64,000 bases of DNA from Gemmatimonadota bacterium (GTDB lineage: Bacteria > Gemmatimonadota > Gemmatimonadetes > Gemmatimonadales > Gemmatimonadaceae), in the NCBI GenBank assembly GCA_040389905.1, contig JAZJZK010000010.1, positions 38,510 to 102,509 of the forward strand, written 5' to 3'. The notes below the pieces were generated by a model. That model worked only from the letters and a program-made list of their open reading frames with translations, did no database searches and was not told the DNA's origin. Of this stretch, positions 10,828-18,036 are shown piece after piece (the stretch's first letter is position 1; every line of letters begins with the position of its first letter). Made by a program: the position numbers and the translations under genes.

Positions 10828-12471
10828 ATGTTGCCTGCTGCGGCCATTGTACTTGCCATCATGGCGTTCGCCGCCGCCGGCTACGCGTGGGTTCAGGCGC
10901 ATCGATCTCGGCAGGATCTCTCCGAGGCGCAGGCTCGGCTCGCACGGATCGATGCCGAACTTCCGGAAACTGATGGCGACGAGACGGTCGGTGTCGAGGC
11001 TCTTCGGCGAGACGTTCGCGTGTCGTTCGAGGCCCGAGAAGTCGAACACGATCGAGCCTTGCTCGCGTCGCTCCTGGCGGACTTCCGCGACGTCGCGGGA
11101 GCGGAGGAGGCAATCTTCTGGCGCTGGAAGGCCGATCGCGACTCGCTGTCGCCGTCCGTGTGGTCCACGGAGGGCCACCGGCCGGCGTACTTCAACATTG
11201 CCGAATGGGGGCCGCTCGTGCAGTGGTCTGCCGAGACGGGCGTGGTGCAGACGGTCGGCAAAGACGAAATCATTCATGTCGCGGCGGCGTGTATCAAAGA
11301 GCGCGACAACCTGGTCGGAGTGCTCAGCCTGACCCATGCGCAGGGCCTTGGTCTCGGCCGTGCCGCCCTCAAGGAATGGCTTCCGCGGCTCGCCGATCAA
11401 CTGGCAACGTTTCACGAATTGCTCGGTGTGCGCCGGAACTATAGCCGGCATATGCGGCAAAGCCAGGCGCTACTCGACGCAGTGCAGCGGCTACAGGGTG
11501 ACAAGGCAAGTGACGGCGTTGCAGGGTCGCTGTGCGACACCGCACTGGACGTATCCGGCGCGAGAGGCGCAGTGCTGGTCCGCTGGGATTCGGAGAGCGA
11601 CGCGGGGGAACTGCACTACGCCACCGAGGGAACGGGGCTGCGCGTTCCCACCCCATTAGACAGCAGCAGTATTGTTGCAGACGTCTGCCGCACGGGGAAG
11701 CTGCATGTGCTCGAGGACTCACGCAGCGCGGTCTCTTCCCAGGCGCTCTACGGAGCGGGTCGTGTGATTCGAGAACCCGGGTCGGTTGCCATTATCCCGC
11801 TGTCCAAGGACGGACGCACACTGGGTGCGTTGGTGCTCGAATCAGACGAGGTTGGTGGTCTCACGATCGAAGATACTCGACCCTTAACCGTGCTCGGCGC
11901 GGTAGTGGTGGGTTCGCTCGAACTCGCGTGGCGTTTCGCTGAAGTGGACCGTCGTGCCAGGACCGATTCGTTGACAGGCCTCTGGAACCGGATGCACTTC
12001 GGGGAGCAACTGACGAGAACGCTTGCGGAGGCAGACCGGTACAATCATCCCGTGTCATTGGTGCTGCTGGACATCGATCACTTCAAGAAGGTGAATGACA
12101 CGTGGGGGCACGAAGCGGGGGATTCGGTGCTTCGGCAAGTGGCGAAGGTCGTTCAGGATGGCCTGCGGGCCGTGGACATCTGCGTTCGGTACGGCGGCGA
12201 GGAGATTGCCTTGCTGCTGTCACAGACAGACAGTGCCCACGCGGTCGAGGTTGCGGAGCGCCTGCGGTCACGGATCGCAGGGACTCCAGTGCGGCACGGG
12301 CCAGCGGTGATTCCGGTGACGGCGTCGTTCGGAGTCGCCACGTATCCGGAGACGGTGAAGGTGCGGGACCAACTTTTCCCGGCGGCAGACAAGGCATTGT
12401 ACATCGCGAAGCACGACGGCAGAAATTGCGTGAGAGCAAAGCCTGCAAATAAAGGTAGGACAACGAGTTGA
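10828..12471 (+). CDS. membrane-anchored GAF + GGDEF diguanylate cyclase
   Basis: N-terminal TM, GAF-like region, DSLTGLWNR, DIDHFKKVNDTWGH, RAVD I-site, RYGGEEI. Confidence 0.92.
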   Translation: MLPAAAIVLAIMAFAAAGYAWVQAHRSRQDLSEAQARLARIDAELPETDGDETVGVEALRRDVRVSFEAREVEHDRALLASLLADFRDVAGAEEAIFWRWKADRDSLSPSVWSTEGHRPAYFNIAEWGPLVQWSAETGVVQTVGKDEIIHVAAACIKERDNLVGVLSLTHAQGLGLGRAALKEWLPRLADQLATFHELLGVRRNYSRHMRQSQALLDAVQRLQGDKASDGVAGSLCDTALDVSGARGAVLVRWDSESDAGELHYATEGTGLRVPTPLDSSSIVADVCRTGKLHVLEDSRSAVSSQALYGAGRVIREPGSVAIIPLSKDGRTLGALVLESDEVGGLTIEDTRPLTVLGAVVVGSLELAWRFAEVDRRARTDSLTGLWNRMHFGEQLTRTLAEADRYNHPVSLVLLDIDHFKKVNDTWGHEAGDSVLRQVAKVVQDGLRAVDICVRYGGEEIALLLSQTDSAHAVEVAERLRSRIAGTPVRHGPAVIPVTASFGVATYPETVKVRDQLFPAADKALYIAKHDGRNCVRAKPANKGRTTS

Positions 12472-12509
12472 GCCGTGGCCTGGCGAGAGGTGTGGCCGCG
12501 CAGATCGCA

Positions 12510-12538
12510 TTGACGTGGGTGCGTCGGTGCGCTAGCTT
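12510..12538 (+). promoter_or_regulatory. ssrA promoter
   Basis: TTGACG-N17-TAGCTT, 23 nt upstream of the mature tmRNA 5' end. Confidence 0.65.
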
Positions 12539-12561
12539 TCGAGATGTAGAGAGCACAATCA

Positions 12562-12917
12562 GGGGGCGACAGGCTTCGACGGGACTGGTGCAGCTGTGGG
12601 CGCGTGCCGAGGTACTCGGGCACCTCGTTAAACACTCGGGAAAACATCAACTGCGAACAACAACTTCGCCCTTGCCGCCTAACTTTTAGTTAGGCCTGCA
12701 GGTGCCCTTGAGGAAGCCCGCCCGGGGCGTCTTTTTGGGTAACGCAAATCTGGGCTAGCCCTGCCGAGTGCTCTCGGCGGCGGGGCAAAACAAGGAGAGC
12801 TTACTCTGCGGTGGGCTGCCCACTGGCCAGCAGCAGGGGACATCAATCGGTGGGATACGCACGTAGTGCCTGTGGTCGATCTAGCTTCGGACCGGGGTTC
12901 GATTCCCCGCGCCTCCA
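12562..12917 (+). ncRNA. ssrA: tmRNA, tag peptide ANNNFALAA (12653-12682)
   Basis: 5' GGGGGCG...TTCGAC; acceptor stem pairs with CGCCTCC-A including G3.U; T-arm GGGGTTCGATTCCCC; tag ORF gcg aac aac aac ttc gcc ctt gcc gcc taa; CCA not encoded. Confidence 0.97.
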
Positions 12918-12930
12918 CTGAACAGCAACA

Positions 12931-12965
12931 CGAAAGAGCCGAACGCGCTGCGTTCGGCTCTTTCG
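12931..12965 (+). terminator. hairpin terminator after ssrA
   Basis: Perfect 16-bp stem CGAAAGAGCCGAACGC-gct-GCGTTCGGCTCTTTCG. Confidence 0.75.
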
Positions 12966-13030
12966 GTATCCGCCGTCCGCTTTGTCCGCAGAACTGGCGC
13001 ATCGAGATGGGTACGCGCGCCGCTGAAAAC

Positions 13031-13059
13031 TTGCCCTGCGGCGACGCCCGACGCATTCT
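13031..13059 (+). promoter_or_regulatory. predicted leaderless promoter of the half-SecY gene
   Basis: TTGCCC-N17-CATTCT, ATG 6 nt downstream, no SD. Confidence 0.45.
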
Positions 13060-13065
13060 CCTCAG

Positions 13066-13656
13066 ATGAAACGTTTCTTCGAGCACGCGCGACGGCTCGC
13101 CTGGCTCGCCGCCGGCCTCCTCGGGGCGAAGCTGGTGCTGGGCATCTCCGTTCCGCTTCCCGACGCGACTGTCCTGTCGAAGTACTTCGATGGTAGCGCT
13201 GGGCTCCTGGGGTTGTACAACCTCATCGTTGGCGGCGCGCTGGCGAAGGGATCCGCCGTCGCGCTCGGACTCATGCCGTATCTCTCCGCGCGCTCGTTCG
13301 TGTTCCTCGCGCGCGCGGCAGGCATCCGCACCAAGTCCGCCAACCGAGTCAGTGACAAGTGGTTGACGCGTGGGCTTACGGTGAGTTTCGCGATCGTTCA
13401 GGCGATCGGATACGCGCGGTTGACGCAGACGCTTCCCGGTGTGGTGAGCGAGCCAGGCGCGCTCTACATGGCGCAGATGGTTGTGATGCTCACCTCGGTC
13501 TCGACGCTGCTGATGCTGTTCGCCGAGGAGGCGACATCCGCCGGCGAAGACGAGAAGCACGAGCCACCGCTCCTCGGCGAAGCAGCCGCTGAGCATCGGA
13601 GCGCGCGCAGGGAGCGCGATCCGCTCTACGTCTCGCACCCGACGCCGGCGCCCTGA
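13066..13656 (+). CDS. stand-alone SecY N-terminal-half homolog (about TM1-TM4)
   Basis: GLLGLYNLIVGGAL..SAVALGLMPYLSA, LTRGLTVSFAIVQAIG and LTSVSTLLMLFAEEAT match SecY plug/TM2b, TM3 and TM4; a charged tail follows. Confidence 0.8.
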   Translation: MKRFFEHARRLAWLAAGLLGAKLVLGISVPLPDATVLSKYFDGSAGLLGLYNLIVGGALAKGSAVALGLMPYLSARSFVFLARAAGIRTKSANRVSDKWLTRGLTVSFAIVQAIGYARLTQTLPGVVSEPGALYMAQMVVMLTSVSTLLMLFAEEATSAGEDEKHEPPLLGEAAAEHRSARRERDPLYVSHPTPAP

Positions 13657-14014
13657 GCGTTTCCCATGGCGAGTTGCGCGCGTCGCCTTCGCAGGCCTGA
13701 GGAACTGCTCCATCGGCAGCGCAACAATTGGTGTTGCGGACTTGCAGCAGAACGGGGGAAAGGCATTTGGCGAACCGCGCGTGAGCGGTCGGCAAGTATA
13801 TATGCGGCAACAGCTTATGTGCGTAATGCTCGCGCATGATGCATCGTACGGAACTTGCGTTTGCGCGCGTATCCCGAGTGCAAGCGCGGCGACGCTGAAC
13901 GTGACCGTACGCACAGCCATGTAGCGCAGCGCGCGGTACGTTCGGGAACTCGAGTCCCTCTGCGTCAATCTTTCGCGCGCCGAACGCGCGTCCCCCAGAT
14001 TCTTCGTCTCGTCG

Positions 14015-15106
14015 ATGTCCGATAGAAGCATTGCTTTAGCACGCTGCATCGTTGCACTTGCCCTCCTCGTCGGCGTGCCGACGCGTACCACCAACGCGCA
14101 GAGCGCAGATTTGACGGGCGATTTCGCGAGCGCCATCGTGGTGTCCGATCTCACGAACTCGTACAACAATCCGATCTACGCGGCCAGTGTGGTATCGGGC
14201 TCGAACTACAGCGGCATTGCAGTGCTCTGGTTCTACTCCTCCGGCGGAACGCTATTGTCGGGCTGCACGGGATCGAATCTTGGCGGCGGGCGCATCCTGA
14301 CGGCGGCGCACTGCGTGAGCAATGGAACGAGCCTTACGTCGGCCAGTGTGAAGGCTCGATTCTATCAGGTCGGCAGTGGTTGGGTCGAGGTGACTGGCCC
14401 GGCGTCCGGATACGTCGTCAAGCCGGGGTACTCCGGCGGGGTTGTCGAAGAGAACGACGTCGCGGTGTTGAAGCTGTCGAGTTCCGCACCGTCCTTCGCG
14501 CGCTCCTACTCACTCGCCGCGGGGAACGCCCTCGGAGCAACCGAGATATTCGCGGGGTACGGGCGCACCGGGACGGGCAATACCGGTGGCACCGTCAGCA
14601 CGATTTTCACCAGCAACCCGCCGCTTCGCACGGGTCTCAACATGTTCGAGACAACGTGCATCAGCGGTAGCAGCATCACCTGTGCGACGTCGTCCAACTC
14701 CGCCTTCGGTGAGTTTGGCGGCATCCTGCTCTCCGATTTCGACCACACAGGTGCCAGCGACGCCGGCTTCATGTGCACGACGCTGCATTTTTGCGGGCTG
14801 GGCTACAGCGGGAATGAGGAGGTTACCATCGGGTCGGGTGACTCTGGCGGAGCGTCCTTCTTGTCGGACTTCTCGATCACCGGCGTCGCGTCATTCGGGC
14901 AGACCAACGGCTCCGGAATCGGCGGCTTCTTCGGTTACGTCGAGGGCCACACCTGCGTGACCTATTACGAGGCCAACGGCGGGTGCACATCGAACTACGA
15001 GTTCGTTGCTGAGCAACTCGCGCCGGAACCCGCGACGATCGTGCTGCTTGGCACTGGGTTGATCACCGCGTTTGGATTTGCTCGCCGCCGCCGGCGGGGC
15101 GCCTGA
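14015..15106 (+). CDS. trypsin-like serine protease with PEP-CTERM sorting signal
   Basis: Signal peptide; ILTAAHC, NDVAVL, GDSGG triad; C-terminal APEPATIVLLGTGL...RRRRR. Confidence 0.9.
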   Translation: MSDRSIALARCIVALALLVGVPTRTTNAQSADLTGDFASAIVVSDLTNSYNNPIYAASVVSGSNYSGIAVLWFYSSGGTLLSGCTGSNLGGGRILTAAHCVSNGTSLTSASVKARFYQVGSGWVEVTGPASGYVVKPGYSGGVVEENDVAVLKLSSSAPSFARSYSLAAGNALGATEIFAGYGRTGTGNTGGTVSTIFTSNPPLRTGLNMFETTCISGSSITCATSSNSAFGEFGGILLSDFDHTGASDAGFMCTTLHFCGLGYSGNEEVTIGSGDSGGASFLSDFSITGVASFGQTNGSGIGGFFGYVEGHTCVTYYEANGGCTSNYEFVAEQLAPEPATIVLLGTGLITAFGFARRRRRGA

Positions 15107-15115
15107 TCGCGCTCG

Positions 15116-16132
15116 TCAGCGCAGGGTGTCGCGCCGATCCGTGCTCGGGATTTCGCCGGCTGCGTCGTCCTTGCGGCGTTTCTGTGACTTGAAGATGAAC
15201 TCCGGCGCGAGCGACACGCCAAGCAGGGTGACGGGAAGGATCTGCTGCGCTTGAATGAGAAAGGCCACGGCGATCGCCTCGTTCTTATCCAGCCCGAAGG
15301 CAACGGCGGCGGCCGCATAGGCGGCCTGAAAGAGTCCGACGTTGCCCGGTGTCGCGCGAAGCGCGAAGCCAAGGTTCACGGCGAGTAGCGCGGCGATCGT
15401 GGAGACGGTCGTCATCGGGAAGTGCGCCGCCTGCGCCGTCATCTGATACGTGGCCACCTGCAGCCCCCACGCGAGCACGCTCAGCGCGAGCGCCGCGATG
15501 AATCTCGGCCCACTCGACACCGCGCCGATCGTACCAACGAAGCGCGAACCGTACTCCTTGAGCCGACCTTGCCACGTGACCGGTTTCGGACCAGCCACGG
15601 CCTCCACGACGTCAGGCCGTTTCAGCAGCCAGACAAGCAGGGCGCACATGCCGACCAATATCGCGATGGCGACCGGCTTCACCTTCTCCAGCGATGGAGG
15701 AAGCTCGAGGAAGGTTGCGGCGAGTGACAACATGAAGAAGTAGCCCACCAGCTCGAACAGGCGTTCGAGTGCGAGCGTCGCCAGCACCTTGGCGCTCGGG
15801 ATGTGTGCGCTGCGCGAGACGAACACCACGCGTGCCGCCTCGCCACCGTTGGCCACGAGGACGTTGTTCAACCCCGCACCCGCGAACGTGGCGCGCATGG
15901 CAAGGGCCAGGGACGTCGCACCGATCGGCCGCAGGAAAACCCACCAACGCACCGCTTTCGTGACGATCGACAGGATGTTCACCAGTGCGGCCGCGAGCAG
16001 CATTGTGCGCGACGCCGACCGCATGCCCGCCCAGATTTGGTGCCAGTTGACCTTCGTCGCGAAGATGACGAGGAAAACCAGGATGACGAGCGAAAGACCG
16101 ATGCGTAGCGCCCGCGACACGTTTTGCGTCAT
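15116..16132 (-). CDS. lysylphosphatidylglycerol-synthase TM (flippase-like) membrane protein
   Basis: Multi-TM; RWWVFL, GGEAAR, LERLFE, TPGNVG. Confidence 0.85.
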   Translation of the reverse strand: MTQNVSRALRIGLSLVILVFLVIFATKVNWHQIWAGMRSASRTMLLAAALVNILSIVTKAVRWWVFLRPIGATSLALAMRATFAGAGLNNVLVANGGEAARVVFVSRSAHIPSAKVLATLALERLFELVGYFFMLSLAATFLELPPSLEKVKPVAIAILVGMCALLVWLLKRPDVVEAVAGPKPVTWQGRLKEYGSRFVGTIGAVSSGPRFIAALALSVLAWGLQVATYQMTAQAAHFPMTTVSTIAALLAVNLGFALRATPGNVGLFQAAYAAAAVAFGLDKNEAIAVAFLIQAQQILPVTLLGVSLAPEFIFKSQKRRKDDAAGEIPSTDRRDTLR

Positions 16133-16144
16133 GCAAGCTCAAGT

Positions 16145-16831
16145 TCAGATTGGCAGTGTGGCGAAACCAAAGCCGCGGTCGCGGAGGCCTCGGATGATGC
16201 GCGGGAGCGCTTCCGCCGTTTGCATCCGGTCCCCGTCAGCGTCGTACCCGTCACCGTCGTGCAGCAGCAAGATAGAGCCCGGTCGCATTCCGTCGAGCGT
16301 TCGCCTGACGATCTCATCCGCCCCCGGTCTCGCCGAATCCCACACCCCGAGCGACCAGCCGATCGTGCGCTGGCCCAGTGAACGCGCGATCGGAGTCACC
16401 CACGGGTTGCGAAAACCATGCGGGGCGCGAAAACACCTGGGCCGAATCCCACACGCGCGCTCGATTGCCTCGGTGCCGAGCGTGAGGTCATCACGCACGT
16501 AGGCCGGGGTTTGACGATGAAGCTTGCGGTGGCGGTACCCATGATTGCCGAGCTGATGCCCTTCATCGGCCATGCGGCGGACGAGTTCAGGCCAGCGGTC
16601 CGCGTGACGGCCGAGCACGAAGAACGTGGCTGACACCCGCTCGCGAGCCAGCACGTCGAGAATCAGCGGCGTCGCGTTGGGATTGGGTCCGTCATCGAAG
16701 GTGACGCTGACCACCGGATCATCGCCAGGGAGGCGATTGAGCACCGGGCCGAAGACCCACGAGTTGCGGTGCCAGGTGCCGTGCGCCGCGATACCCACCG
16801 CTGCCAGGCCGGCAACTGCAGCCCCCATCAT
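16145..16831 (-). CDS. polysaccharide deacetylase (CE4/NodB)
   Basis: TFDDGP, NHGYRH, FRAPHG, LLLHDG. Confidence 0.92.
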   Translation of the reverse strand: MMGAAVAGLAAVGIAAHGTWHRNSWVFGPVLNRLPGDDPVVSVTFDDGPNPNATPLILDVLARERVSATFFVLGRHADRWPELVRRMADEGHQLGNHGYRHRKLHRQTPAYVRDDLTLGTEAIERACGIRPRCFRAPHGFRNPWVTPIARSLGQRTIGWSLGVWDSARPGADEIVRRTLDGMRPGSILLLHDGDGYDADGDRMQTAEALPRIIRGLRDRGFGFATLPI

Positions 16832-18036
16832 ACGGAGATGGCGACGCGTCCCATGACGTTGTGATAGACGTCCAGCACCTGTGACGTGACGCGCGGCCAG
16901 CTGTACTTCATGCTCTCATAGCGCCCGGTCGTTCCGAGCTGGATGCGTAGACCCTCGTCATCGAGCAGTTGCACGAGTGCGTCGGCCAAGGCGTCCCGAT
17001 CTCCGGACGGCGTCATGAGCGCCTCGCGCCCATTCACGACGACGTCCTGGAAGCCGAGGATGTCCGAGCAGACGATCGGCGTCTCGCAGGCCATCGATTC
17101 GAGAAGCGTGATGCCGAACGATGCCTTGGTCGTAGGGCAGGCATAGATCGAACTGTGTGCGTAGTAGCCCGGTCGTCCTTCCAATACCGCGCCGACGAAC
17201 GTGATGTCCGGATCGCCTTGGGCCTGCTTGTAGTAGTGCTCACGCAGCGGACCATCTCCCACGACGACGAGCTGGGACTCGCGGCGGCGTCCCTTGACCT
17301 TGCGGAACGACTCGATCAGCGTGGTCAGTCCGTTTCTTGGGTCGAACCGGCCCAGGAAGAGAATGGACGGCACATCCTTTCGAATCTGTGGCGGTGCGGC
17401 AACGCTCGGATGAAAAACGTCCGTATCGATTCCATTCGGAATGATTTGCCACGGCGCGCTGAAATAGCGCTCCAGCGCGACCGTCGTCGAGTGCGAGACG
17501 CAGATGGCTGCGCTCAGCATTTCGAGGCGCTTCTGGAACGCCCGGTTGAACAGCTTGTAGCCGAAGGACTTGTCGAAATAGGTGTGGAATGTCCCGACAA
17601 CCGGGCACTCCGCCTCTTCGATGGCGAGGAGCGGCAGCACTGGCGTCAGCGGGGAATGCACATGCACGACGTCGTAGTTGCCCTGCTTGAGGACCTTCCG
17701 CATTTCGCTCCGGAGGGTCCACCCGATGGTGATGCGTGCCTGGGAGCCATTCGCGTACACGGGCTGGCTGCGCCCAATACGAATGACATTCGGCTGCGCC
17801 TCGGCGCCGGGAAGATTCGAGGTAATGATGTCCACATGGTGCCCGCGACGGCGAGCTTCGCGGGCAAAGAAGTGGACGTGCTCGCACACGCCTCCCAGGT
17901 GCGGATAGTAATACTCCGTCACCAGCGCGATGCGCAGCGTGCGCTCATCGCGAGTCTCGGGAAGTGCAGGGAGGTTCGGCAGCGCCGGACGGCGCTTCAA
18001 TGCGGCGCTACTGGACGGTGGGTTCAAGAGCGGCAT
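16828..18036 (-). CDS. GT4 glycosyltransferase (PimA-like)
   Basis: YYPHLGGV, VVGTFH, IIPNGID, SFGITLLESMAC. Confidence 0.9.
   Translation of the reverse strand: MPLLNPPSSSAALKRRPALPNLPALPETRDERTLRIALVTEYYYPHLGGVCEHVHFFAREARRRGHHVDIITSNLPGAEAQPNVIRIGRSQPVYANGSQARITIGWTLRSEMRKVLKQGNYDVVHVHSPLTPVLPLLAIEEAECPVVGTFHTYFDKSFGYKLFNRAFQKRLEMLSAAICVSHSTTVALERYFSAPWQIIPNGIDTDVFHPSVAAPPQIRKDVPSILFLGRFDPRNGLTTLIESFRKVKGRRRESQLVVVGDGPLREHYYKQAQGDPDITFVGAVLEGRPGYYAHSSIYACPTTKASFGITLLESMACETPIVCSDILGFQDVVVNGREALMTPSGDRDALADALVQLLDDEGLRIQLGTTGRYESMKYSWPRVTSQVLDVYHNVMGRVAISV

Noticed and set aside
12890..12917. tRNA gene
   Set aside because: The T-arm and acceptor belong to the tRNA-like domain of tmRNA
12679..14169. 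496-aa minus-strand ORF
   Set aside because: Runs antisense across tmRNA, half-SecY and the protease; no recognisable domain
12917..15110. Integrative element at the tmRNA 3' end
   Set aside because: No integrase, and I found no duplicated ssrA 3' fragment (att) in the window
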